A stretch of 64,000 nucleotides of DNA from Candidatus Ozemobacteraceae bacterium (GCA_965140445.1 OZ223236.1:2752001-2816000), one strand, 5' to 3'. Shown: positions 49,948 to 59,162, counted from the stretch's first letter. The notes: generated by a model not told the origin, from the letters alone. Translations and numbers: made by a program.

Positions 49948-52900
49948 TTTTTAATGCCTGAAGAAACTTGTTTTACCCTTTCCCTTGTTTCATGAGCCAT
50001 TCTTAGGAGGTCTCGAACTTTAAGCTTTTTAATCTTAAAATGATTTCTGTCTATGACTGGTTTGGTCATTTTTGGCGTAAATGGACGAGTGGTATTAAAC
50101 ATTTCCGGTGGAGAATTTGAAGCTTGATCAGAGTTTGTTTTTGAAAACAAATATTCCAATGAAATTTCATCGGGTGCATTCTTTGCTGATGAAAGAGGCT
50201 TTAAATAAAGGCTTCTACCAAGATAAAACTTCGCTTGCTTTCTTAATTCCTCATAAAATACCTCTAGAGCAGGTGCTGGTGATACTGTGAAAACAATTTC
50301 GCCGGTTCCGGAAGTTGGCTCATAGGTTTTATTTGCAGTCAGGAATGGAAAACGAAGTGGAAGAGAGTTTAAAAAGCTGTCAATAATCTCAATGGGGCAA
50401 ATCTTAGATTTAATGGAATGAAATGAATCGAAACAAGCCTGATTAATTCGATATTCAGGTACCATTATTTCATCAAATGAAAGCTTACTCATTATTGTTG
50501 CCATCAGCATGCGTTTTTGCCTAAATGGGAACTTAGACGGAATTTCAAGGGATGTAGAAAACTCAAACATACGTTCTCCCATGTTGGCTAAGAATTTTAT
50601 TTGGGCTTTGTTAGCAACAATTGAATTTTGAGATTCTTTAACCGAAACAATTTCATTTGAAGGGTTAAAGAAATGATATAAAAAGCTTAAGGATCTTGCT
50701 GGTAGAGTTCTTAATAAAAAATCCTGGTCAAAACCAAAACTAAAAGATTTGTTCGATAAAAGCGCATCAGAATCAAAAATTGTAACAGCGCCCCTTGCCG
50801 ATGCTTTTTCTGAAGAAACAAAAAGATCAAAAATTCTTTTTATGTTTGCTTGCCTATCTTGATTTGGAAGAACCAAAGCTTGCAAGGAAATTGGTTCCTC
50901 GGTTGGGAAATCTCCTATCTTAAAATAAGTGTTTTCATCCTTTAAGGTTTCGATTGAAAACTGGCATGAGGTAGGAGATTTCTTCGATAAGCTGGCAAGA
51001 TTTAAAAAGCCTTTTCTGGAAAGGTTTAATTTCTTTTGTAGTTCGCTATCTAAAACCCTATCAGAATTGTATTCAACTAAGGGGTTCTTCTGATACTTCC
51101 ATGGCTCGGCAAGCTTGATGCTACAAGGCAGGATATCTTGCAGAAATTTTTTGGTTTCTGGAAATTTAACATAGGGAATTGTTTTAAGGCTTTTTGTTGA
51201 AGAAAAGAAACAATGATCAACTTTTAAGGTAAAAGGAGAAAGTTCCGGATTAACAAATTGCTTGTACAGGAAAGAGAAATTTAGAGATTTTTTCTTTGCA
51301 TACAACTTTTGGTTAAAATTTAATTCAGTATTTAAAGCTGATTTTCTTTCTGAAATTTCAGTTTCAAAAGGGACTTCAGAAAAAGAATAGCTAATAAAGC
51401 TTTGCTCGAGAAGGAGAGGATCATATTTGAATCTGTTTTGTGGAATAAACTCTGATTCCGTAACGTATTTGTCCGTCTCATTTATAAATGAAATTATTGG
51501 CGTGAAAGCTTTTTCACTGACAGTGCTGAGGCTATTCAAAGAATATTCTTCCAATTCTTTGTCGATGCTTAGATCTTTAGTAAAATCAGTGTTTTCATAG
51601 CTAAGATCTGGCAGAACAGAAGTTTCCAGCTTTCTTAAAATTGGTTTTTCAATTTTTTTGTCTATGTTTGGTGAAAAAACTTTGGAATTGCTTGAATTAG
51701 CTGGTTCAAAAATGAATTGCAGTTCCTCTGGTAAACCTCTTGATACTTTAGGAAATGGGCATGGAATAGGGGCTTGAGAAAAATAAGATGAAACAGGATT
51801 AACAATATTTATCGTTTTGGGAATAATCTGGCTTTCAATTGATTTGCCATATATTTTTCTGGTAACAAAGTGATCTATGGGGAGAGCAAATAGTCTTTCA
51901 CCTTTTATTCTGATAGTTTTAGTGGAAAAAATATTCTCGGACCTAAATCCAGTATTGGTGTCAGGAAAATGGGTTGGTATAGAGTCTTCCAAAAACCAAT
52001 TTCTTGAAAAAAGATCAGGAATTTTCGATGATAACTCAAAATTTCTGTCGAGTAGAAGTCCAGGTTTCATCGTGTAAGCAAGTTCATTCATCTTTTCCCG
52101 GTTAACCTTTTCCTCTGTATGAGAAAAGGATGCAGAAAATCTGCAACTATTGCTTGTATTGACAGAAAATTCGGAGGGAATAAAAAAATGGGTAACTCCA
52201 CCACTGGATGTTCTGGATTCATCTTCCAGATAAGGTAGTGCTGTGAAACGTTTTCCAAGAAACCCAAGAATATGAGACAATGTTGGAATTTCTTTCAACA
52301 AGAGAACTTGTTTAAAAACTAATGGGGAAAGAAAGGGAGTTTTATAATAAAAGTAATCTAAATTTTCATTAATCCCAAAACCAGTTTTCCATGCAAAGCG
52401 ATCATCAAAGCTAAAAAGGGGCTTTACTGATAATGAGGCGATTTTCAAGTAATCTGAAAAACTAAGTTTTTTTAAGGACCTGGGGATCGCTGGAAAATTA
52501 AAATTCTCTGGACTTTTCAATTGCACTGAATTTGGAGCTAAATCGTAATCGATTTTGGTTTCAATTGGCAAAAGAGGTTTGGAATCTCCAGAAATTCTTA
52601 CACGTAACCTGTAGTTCGTTTCATTTTCCTCCAGAAAAACCTGGATGTCTGAAGTTGGAAGAAATAATCTGGCGGCAATTTTTTTCTGAAGTCTTTCAAT
52701 ATAGGGAGTTAGAGAATTTAGAAGATTGCCATCTAAAGATGGGCAAAAATCCTCATGATGGTGGGAGTCTTCTATTTCATTACTCTGTATCTGTTGTTTT
52801 AAAACTCTCAAAAGATATGAAAAAACTTGCCTGAGGTATGATCCTTCATCAAGAACTATTGGATTCGCAGTATTTCTTTGATGGGGAAATTCTTCGTTAG

Positions 52901-53606
52901 TGTGAATAACAAATGAATGGGGAAATTTAAAAATTGATTTAACTTCGCTTGCAGTAAGTGAAGAATCATTTATTGCTCTACCTTCATTTTCTCTCGGAAC
53001 TTTATTGAAGCAGACAAGCATGCTTTCCTTGAGGTGATAAAGTAAGCCAGGATTTTTAAGGAGGGTTGCATCCAGATCGACCAGACTGTTTTGGTCTGTT
53101 TGGGAGACGATTATGGTTTGTGGCTGATTGTTTTTCCACAAAAATCTATCTTCAAGTATTTGACTTAAGTTGCCAAAAACTTCAATTCCTGGGGGAAGGT
53201 TTATCAACAAATAATCAAAGGTTGCTCTAACTTGATTAAAAAAATCTCTTAAAGAAGTATCGTAAAAAATATCTGATATGGACTTAAGATGCTGAGCAGG
53301 GAAAATTGATATTTTTTCTGTGTCGGAAAAGTATATGGCTTTTTTAAAGCGGGAACCGCTTTCTGCTTGAAGATCAGAAATGTCTGAATATTGTTGTAAA
53401 ACTACTGAAGCGGGAAAAGCATTTACTAATTTGGCAGGTGAGTCTTTGTCTAAATCAATTATCGCAACTTTGTTGCTGGAATAGTTCAAGAAAATTGAAA
53501 GATTCGCAACAGAAGACGCCTTTCCGGCAAGCTTCCGGACTGACGCAAAAAAGTAAGTTGGAGTTAAATAAGAGACCCTTCCCATTGTATGCACATCATA
53601 CCACAA
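49944..53606 (-). CDS. Degenerate ParA/MinD-like N-terminal domain plus ~950-aa Phe/Ser/Lys-rich extension
   Basis: FASVRKLAGKASSVANLS, KVAIIDLD, FDYLLINLPPG and CFNKV occur in ParA motif order. Confidence 0.7.
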   Translation of the reverse strand: MWYDVHTMGRVSYLTPTYFFASVRKLAGKASSVANLSIFLNYSSNKVAIIDLDKDSPAKLVNAFPASVVLQQYSDISDLQAESGSRFKKAIYFSDTEKISIFPAQHLKSISDIFYDTSLRDFFNQVRATFDYLLINLPPGIEVFGNLSQILEDRFLWKNNQPQTIIVSQTDQNSLVDLDATLLKNPGLLYHLKESMLVCFNKVPRENEGRAINDSSLTASEVKSIFKFPHSFVIHTNEEFPHQRNTANPIVLDEGSYLRQVFSYLLRVLKQQIQSNEIEDSHHHEDFCPSLDGNLLNSLTPYIERLQKKIAARLFLPTSDIQVFLEENETNYRLRVRISGDSKPLLPIETKIDYDLAPNSVQLKSPENFNFPAIPRSLKKLSFSDYLKIASLSVKPLFSFDDRFAWKTGFGINENLDYFYYKTPFLSPLVFKQVLLLKEIPTLSHILGFLGKRFTALPYLEDESRTSSGGVTHFFIPSEFSVNTSNSCRFSASFSHTEEKVNREKMNELAYTMKPGLLLDRNFELSSKIPDLFSRNWFLEDSIPTHFPDTNTGFRSENIFSTKTIRIKGERLFALPIDHFVTRKIYGKSIESQIIPKTINIVNPVSSYFSQAPIPCPFPKVSRGLPEELQFIFEPANSSNSKVFSPNIDKKIEKPILRKLETSVLPDLSYENTDFTKDLSIDKELEEYSLNSLSTVSEKAFTPIISFINETDKYVTESEFIPQNRFKYDPLLLEQSFISYSFSEVPFETEISERKSALNTELNFNQKLYAKKKSLNFSFLYKQFVNPELSPFTLKVDHCFFSSTKSLKTIPYVKFPETKKFLQDILPCSIKLAEPWKYQKNPLVEYNSDRVLDSELQKKLNLSRKGFLNLASLSKKSPTSCQFSIETLKDENTYFKIGDFPTEEPISLQALVLPNQDRQANIKRIFDLFVSSEKASARGAVTIFDSDALLSNKSFSFGFDQDFLLRTLPARSLSFLYHFFNPSNEIVSVKESQNSIVANKAQIKFLANMGERMFEFSTSLEIPSKFPFRQKRMLMATIMSKLSFDEIMVPEYRINQACFDSFHSIKSKICPIEIIDSFLNSLPLRFPFLTANKTYEPTSGTGEIVFTVSPAPALEVFYEELRKQAKFYLGRSLYLKPLSSAKNAPDEISLEYLFSKTNSDQASNSPPEMFNTTRPFTPKMTKPVIDRNHFKIKKLKVRDLLRMAHETRERVKQVSSGIKK

Positions 53607-53644
53607 CCATCAGGCTAAGGAAATGATAATTGAGAAGAAATGAA

Positions 53645-54535
53645 TTACTTTAACTCGATGCACATGCCTTCAACTGCAAAATCTAAATTTTTAAAATATT
53701 CACGGGCTTTGGCTTGCATTTCATCAAGTTTATCATCGTTATGAAGAGGATCGTGATGGGTAATAATTAATCTTTTGGCCTGCGCTGCCTTGGCGACGCG
53801 AATACCTTCAGTTGGGGTTGAATGGCCAAAACCTTCTTTCCCTGGGGCTTCAATTCCATATTTTAGCGGGGAATACTCTTCGGGTGTGTATTGGCCATCG
53901 TAAATTAAAACGTCTGCATTGGTTGCTAATTTTAGCAGGTTTTGATCTATTGATCCATCAGAAGGGTGTTCGCAATCGGTTGCGATACATATGCTATGAT
54001 TTTCATCTTCAATTCTGTAGCCAAGAACTCCATTTGGATGAATTAGTCTGGCAGCTGAAATTACCGTTGAACCAATCTGAACTTTATTGTTTTGAAAAGT
54101 GTGGAACTTTATTTCTGAAGAAAGGTAGCCAAGATCGACTGGAAAATAGAAATTATCCATTTGTCCTCGAAGAGTTGCCTCTAGTCGGTCATCAACATCT
54201 GAAGCGCCATAAAGATGGAAAGTGTTTCCTGATCCGGAGACTCTTGCGCCCTTTTCATCCTTTTTGCCAACATAAGCTGGTGCAAAAAAAGGAAAACCTT
54301 GAATATGGTCCCAATGAGAATGAGTAAAGAAAAGGAAGGCATTGCCTTTGCCCTGTCCAAATTCACGCTTCATCATTTCCAGACCCAGAACTCTTATTCC
54401 AGTTCCGGCATCAAAGATAATCAGGTCACCATCTTTTGACTGAACTTCTATGCAGGTAGTATTTCCACCATACCTAGCAGTTTCCTGACCAGGGACAGGT
54501 ATTGAGCCTCGAACACCCCAGAATTTAATTAACAC
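53645..54535 (-). CDS. MBL-fold metallohydrolase (ElaC/phosphodiesterase-like)
   Basis: FWGVRGS.P, YGGNTTC, DAGTG, THSHWDH (HxHxDH), TDCEH, GHST, THHDP. Confidence 0.9.
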   Translation of the reverse strand: MLIKFWGVRGSIPVPGQETARYGGNTTCIEVQSKDGDLIIFDAGTGIRVLGLEMMKREFGQGKGNAFLFFTHSHWDHIQGFPFFAPAYVGKKDEKGARVSGSGNTFHLYGASDVDDRLEATLRGQMDNFYFPVDLGYLSSEIKFHTFQNNKVQIGSTVISAARLIHPNGVLGYRIEDENHSICIATDCEHPSDGSIDQNLLKLATNADVLIYDGQYTPEEYSPLKYGIEAPGKEGFGHSTPTEGIRVAKAAQAKRLIITHHDPLHNDDKLDEMQAKAREYFKNLDFAVEGMCIELK

Positions 54536-54574
54536 TTTTGTTAAACTACCTTTCCTATCAAAAAGTTACGCTCA

Positions 54575-55453
54575 CTAAAGGCACATTGAAACCATTGATT
54601 CTACAACTCTTTCCAGATCGTCGTGGTCGTAAAATTCAATTTCAATTCGTCCCTTTACTTTGCCTTGTCTGATCCTGACTTTTGCGCCCAGGATTTCTTG
54701 AAGATTTTCTTCTACAGCTCTAACATGAAGGTCTGTGCTCATAGACCCGTTGTCCTTTCGTTTTAGTGCTTTACTAAGATTTCTTTTTGAGTTTGAAATC
54801 TGTTTTTCTGTTTCATAAACCGAAAGCTGATCTTTAAGAATTCTTTTTACCCAGGTTTTTATTTCTAGCGGATCTTTCATGCCAGCAAGCATTTTTGCAT
54901 GTCCAGCAGAAAGTTTTCCTTCAGCGACAATTTTTTGTATGTCTTTAGGTAATTGAAGTAATCTAAGACGGTTTGTTAGAGCAGACCTACTTCTTCCAAC
55001 CTTTTCTGCGAGTTGGTCATGGGTTAGTCCATGATTTAAAAGTATTTCTCTTAGAGTTATGGCTTCTTCAATTGGATTTAAATCTTGTCGTTGAATATTT
55101 TCAATTAATCCAGCAAGCAAAGTTTTTTCTTCATTAAGCTGTTTTATTACAGCAGGAATAAACTTCAAACCTGCAAGCTTGCTTGCGCGGAATCTTCTTT
55201 CTCCGGAGACAATCTGGTAGCCATTACCAAAATTGCGAACCAGGATTGGTTGAAGAATTCCATTTTCGCGTATAGATTGTGCCAATTCTTCCAGCAGTCG
55301 GTTATCAAAGAACTTACGTGGTTGATTTGGATTTGGAAAAACCTCATCCAATGAAAGCAGATTAAATTCCAATATCTTGGAAATATCTGTTTCAGAAACC
55401 ACTTCCCTTGTTACATCGGCTGTATTGTCAAATTTGTTTAGCATCTTATCCAC
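54575..55453 (-). CDS. parB: ParB/Spo0J partition protein
   Basis: PNPNQPRKFF, GILQPILVR, GERRFRA, ENIQRQDLNPIEEA, HTH VGRSRSALTNRLRLL, GHAK, C-terminal GRIEIEFY. Confidence 0.93.
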   Translation of the reverse strand: MDKMLNKFDNTADVTREVVSETDISKILEFNLLSLDEVFPNPNQPRKFFDNRLLEELAQSIRENGILQPILVRNFGNGYQIVSGERRFRASKLAGLKFIPAVIKQLNEEKTLLAGLIENIQRQDLNPIEEAITLREILLNHGLTHDQLAEKVGRSRSALTNRLRLLQLPKDIQKIVAEGKLSAGHAKMLAGMKDPLEIKTWVKRILKDQLSVYETEKQISNSKRNLSKALKRKDNGSMSTDLHVRAVEENLQEILGAKVRIRQGKVKGRIEIEFYDHDDLERVVESMVSMCL

Positions 55454-55506
55454 TTTTTATTGCAGGTAGCTTTGCCATAAATAGAAGTTATGTTAAATTA
55501 AAGTAT

Positions 55507-55515
55507 ATTATAACA
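55507..55515 (-). promoter_or_regulatory. Extended -10 promoter for the parB cluster
   Basis: TGtTATAAT on the minus strand in the 67-nt divergent gap. Confidence 0.5.
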
Positions 55516-55520
55516 CAAAA

Positions 55521-56768
55521 ATGGAGGGTGGGTATATGAACTATTCAAAGTCGGGGTTGTGTACTTTTAAACGCGCTTTTATAGCTATAATACTTATAGG
55601 TTTGTATGCACCCATGATACATTCTCAACCACTTCAGATGACTCAGGAATTTCAGGATTCAAGACAATTACTTGCCCAGGGCTCGTACAACGAAGCTGTG
55701 GATAAACTTAAATCTTTATTAGGAACTAGCAAACATTATGGCCCGGCCATGATTGAAATTGGAAAAATTCGAATGAAGCAGGCTGAATACGAAATGTCCA
55801 GCGCATTGGCACACTTTAGTGAGGCTGCTGATTCTATGAAGGTTGGCTTACTGGACAATAAAAGTGGTGCTGGTGCAGAAACGCCCAAGATTCTTTATGA
55901 TCTCGGGCGTGTATACGAAGAACGTCTAAAAAATTATCCTGAAGCCATAGAAGTTTTCGAACGAGTTACAAATGATTATCCTGGTTTTTTATCTATAGAT
56001 AAAGTCTACTTTCATCTTGCAACTTGTTATGAACTTACAGGTCAGCGGGAAAATGCCGCCGAAGTCTACAAAAAGATCGTAGCTGAATTCCCCTATAGTA
56101 CCTTCTTTAAGGCATCTCAGGAAAAAATGAAAGAATTGGCCATTGGAACAGGACAACAAGAGGGTGCAATGGAACTGCAGGAAGAGCTCGTGGAAGACTC
56201 GCAAACGGTCGGCCAGGAGGCAAAAGCAAATCTCGATTTGGGCGATATGAGGCTTGAAGCGGGAGACTTTTCTCAGGCAGAAAAGGCTTATCGGGATGCA
56301 ATAAATTCAGGTGGCGGAGAAGAAGTGACAGTAACAGCTTATCGAAAATTAATTAATTTGCTGGATGAAAAGCAGAAAGATTATGAAGGTGCTGCGAAAA
56401 CAGTTGAAGAAATGATAGGGAGATATCCAGATCATCCAGGAAATGAAGATTATGTTTATAGGTTGGGAAGAATTTATGAAGAAGATCTTCAAACCCTTAA
56501 AACAACAGTGATTGATGGTAAAGTTCGATACAGAAAAAGTTCAGAAAATGTAGAAAAGGCATTAAACTTTTACAATTCAGTTACCGAAAAATACCCTGAT
56601 GCCGATGTATCAGCTGATGCATTTTTGCGAAAGGGCGAACTTTACGAAAAGGAACTGAGGGATTATGGAAAAGCTAAGGAATCCTATAGGGAGTTTTTGC
56701 GGCGATTCCCAAACCATTATGACGCAAGAAAAATACAAGAGAGACTCGACGAAATCGAAAACTACTGA
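55521..56768 (+). CDS. Secreted TPR protein (CpoB/BamD-like repeats)
   Basis: N-terminal hydrophobic segment. Repeated A..F/Y..V...YP motifs. The start may be ATG 55536 after GGAGG. Confidence 0.8.
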   Translation: MEGGYMNYSKSGLCTFKRAFIAIILIGLYAPMIHSQPLQMTQEFQDSRQLLAQGSYNEAVDKLKSLLGTSKHYGPAMIEIGKIRMKQAEYEMSSALAHFSEAADSMKVGLLDNKSGAGAETPKILYDLGRVYEERLKNYPEAIEVFERVTNDYPGFLSIDKVYFHLATCYELTGQRENAAEVYKKIVAEFPYSTFFKASQEKMKELAIGTGQQEGAMELQEELVEDSQTVGQEAKANLDLGDMRLEAGDFSQAEKAYRDAINSGGGEEVTVTAYRKLINLLDEKQKDYEGAAKTVEEMIGRYPDHPGNEDYVYRLGRIYEEDLQTLKTTVIDGKVRYRKSSENVEKALNFYNSVTEKYPDADVSADAFLRKGELYEKELRDYGKAKESYREFLRRFPNHYDARKIQERLDEIENY

Positions 56769-57486
56769 TTCTGTAGAACAATATAAATCAATTAAAGAAA
56801 CCCGGCAGAAAACCACTGTCTGGTTTCTTTTTTTGCTTGCTTTGTTATTTTCACCAGCGACAGTATTTGCTGAGGCTACCGTTATGGGGCTTTCTGGAAC
56901 CATGTTGGTGCCCGGAATTGACATTATTCCGCAGGGAGGAGCAAGAGCTGCTTTTCATACTATCGGAGTAAATGAATTTGACGAAGCTTCTTTTAAAGGC
57001 GTTTTTGCTTTTTCTGATGATTCTGAAGTTGCAATTATAAAAAGATTTTCAATTAGTGGAACCACTGATCAAACCGATCCTCTTTTTGCCGGAAAATACA
57101 AAATCCGCCCAAATATGGCTGTGGCCGCTGTAGTAGATCCTAATGACGGATATAAAGATTCTGTAATGCTTTTAACTGGTATGCCTGGTAACAAAGTTGT
57201 ATTGGGGTTGGGAACAAACATTGCAATGACTGAAAAAGAAAAAAAAGCTTCATTTGGCAGGTATAGTAAAGACGGATTGGAAGCTGATCCAGTGTTCTTT
57301 GTGTTCGGAGCAAGTTTAAATATTGATTTTGATACCAAACTGACTCTCGATTATGCCGGAAATGATTTTTGTGTGGGTTTAAGGCATTCCTTAGACGAGA
57401 ACCTTACTTTAGATTTTGGTTTTTTAACCCCTGATAGAATTCATACTGAGAGTAGATTTCTTTTAGGCGCAAACTTTGGGTTTTAA
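56665..57486 (+). CDS. Putative outer-membrane beta-barrel protein (YjbH-like); start uncertain
   Basis: Signal-like WFLFLLALLFSPATVFA, then GLSGTMLVP, amphipathic strands and C-terminal LLGANFGF. Confidence 0.6.
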   Translation: MEKLRNPIGSFCGDSQTIMTQEKYKRDSTKSKTTDSVEQYKSIKETRQKTTVWFLFLLALLFSPATVFAEATVMGLSGTMLVPGIDIIPQGGARAAFHTIGVNEFDEASFKGVFAFSDDSEVAIIKRFSISGTTDQTDPLFAGKYKIRPNMAVAAVVDPNDGYKDSVMLLTGMPGNKVVLGLGTNIAMTEKEKKASFGRYSKDGLEADPVFFVFGASLNIDFDTKLTLDYAGNDFCVGLRHSLDENLTLDFGFLTPDRIHTESRFLLGANFGF

Positions 57487-57492
57487 AATAAA

Positions 57493-58173
57493 TTGCTTAT
57501 CACCTGGTTTAACCTACTATTAATAATTCTTATAACTTTCTTGTCATATAAATATTTTGACCTGAAAGAAAAGTTGGTTTCTCCAGACAAAAAGTATATT
57601 GGATATTTATCTGGAATCTCTGAACTGGTAGACGGAATAGAATGCCATGAAAAGGGACACGCCCAGAATGTTGCAAAGCTTGCAGATGAAATTGCTGCTG
57701 AGCTTGGGTTGTCAGAATCAAGTCGAACCTCATTATATATCGCAAGTCTGTTGCACGATGTTGGTGAAATGGTTTTGCCAAGAAACATTTTAAAATCTTC
57801 TACAAAGCTGGACAAAGAACAGAAATATCTAATTCAAAATCACCCATTAATTGGGGAAATGCAGCTTAGAGGCAAAATTGAGCTTCTCGATGAAGTTCCT
57901 TCAATCGTAAGATGGCACCATGAAAGATATGATGGTTTTGGTTATCCCGATGGTTTAAAAGGTGATGAAATTCCAACTACCGCACAAATTTTAAATCTTG
58001 CAGATGCGGTTGTTTCTATGCAAAGTGACAGACCCTATAGAAACGCATTTAAGTTTGAAAGAATAAAAACTGAAGTTTTGAGACAATCCGGTTTGCAGTT
58101 TTCTCCTGAAACCGTAAAGGCCTGGCTGGAACTAGTTGACGGCCCAATTGATAAAAACAAAGGAGAAAATTAA
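57493..58173 (+). CDS. Membrane-anchored HD-GYP domain protein
   Basis: N-terminal TM, LLHDVGE, HPLIG, HHERYDGFGYPDGLKG, RPYR. Confidence 0.88.
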   Translation: MLITWFNLLLIILITFLSYKYFDLKEKLVSPDKKYIGYLSGISELVDGIECHEKGHAQNVAKLADEIAAELGLSESSRTSLYIASLLHDVGEMVLPRNILKSSTKLDKEQKYLIQNHPLIGEMQLRGKIELLDEVPSIVRWHHERYDGFGYPDGLKGDEIPTTAQILNLADAVVSMQSDRPYRNAFKFERIKTEVLRQSGLQFSPETVKAWLELVDGPIDKNKGEN

Positions 58174-58174
58174 T

Positions 58175-59110
58175 ATGCGCCTGCAGTCCTCGTGGATAAT
58201 GGAAACCGTTTCTGACCTGGGTAATGTGAAAGATGTTTTTTTCCCTTATGTGAAAAGGTTTTCAAATTTGTCCTGGTTTAAGACCAGAGAAATTCCAATG
58301 CGCATCAATAATCCATTGGATAGTCAGGCTATTTTGTTAAAATCCTTTGTTGATAGTATGAGTGGCGAGTTTCAGGATAGAAACCGGAAAAAATTCAATC
58401 AGATTATTAAAAAGCCACTTGAACTGGAAATGAATCCGTTTCAAAAATGGAATGATGTGTATTTTTCAAGACGGCAGTTGGATTACTTGTTTTATTGGCG
58501 AGAAGCTGCTTACGAGATCGAATGCAAAAACCAGCGCGATATTTTTTGGAGTTCTGTGTACAACATTATTTCTTATTGGCTTTCAAATCGGCTTAGAAAA
58601 GTTGAAGTTGCAGTGGAGCCGGATGAAATAATGGACATGGTCTTGAATAGACAAAAAGAATTGGTTGAAGATAAATACAATGAGATAAAGATTTCAAATA
58701 CGAACTTTGAAGAGCTGGTCGCAGAAGATTGCAGTCTTGCTGTTTTTCCTTTGATTTTTAAGAAGGAAGAAGGTGAAGAAGATTTTATCCAGACAATTTT
58801 TCATGCGTGGTTTCATGGCCATGCAAATTGCGATAGGGCTGCAACGGAAATCAAGAATTCTGTGAAAAATTATGCTTATTCTCTCGATGGTAAAAATGAT
58901 TTAAGTTCATATTTAAAATTGGCTGAAAAATCTCGCATAGTTGCAGTTACATGGAGTGGTGGAGGCATGGCTCCAGCGTTACATGAGCAGTTTGTGGTCG
59001 AACCATTTAAGCAGGCCTTTTCAAATTTATACCAGAAGACGAGATTTTCAATTAAGACTGTTGATTTAAGTAAAGATGAATTTGATTTCCTGTTAGTTTT
59101 TTTTAATTAA
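58175..59110 (+). CDS. Hypothetical protein
   Basis: AAGGAG SD before ATG 58175; operonic spacing. Confidence 0.7.
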   Translation: MRLQSSWIMETVSDLGNVKDVFFPYVKRFSNLSWFKTREIPMRINNPLDSQAILLKSFVDSMSGEFQDRNRKKFNQIIKKPLELEMNPFQKWNDVYFSRRQLDYLFYWREAAYEIECKNQRDIFWSSVYNIISYWLSNRLRKVEVAVEPDEIMDMVLNRQKELVEDKYNEIKISNTNFEELVAEDCSLAVFPLIFKKEEGEEDFIQTIFHAWFHGHANCDRAATEIKNSVKNYAYSLDGKNDLSSYLKLAEKSRIVAVTWSGGGMAPALHEQFVVEPFKQAFSNLYQKTRFSIKTVDLSKDEFDFLLVFFN

Positions 59111-59162
59111 GAATTCAAATACCGTCTTTTTAATAAGGCCTCCTTGTGTTAAACTTTAGGCC

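Noticed and set aside
45937..53606. Idea that the two giant ORFs are spurious
   Set aside because: Stop-free frames of 3.6-4 kb are highly improbable in AT-rich DNA, they overlap by ATGA, and no alternative long ORF exists on either strand
53812..54327. 171-aa plus-strand ORF
   Set aside because: Fully antisense to the well-supported MBL hydrolase
55461..55477. sigma54 site TGGCAAAGCTACCTGCA upstream of parB
   Set aside because: GG-to-GC spacing is 11 nt rather than the required 10
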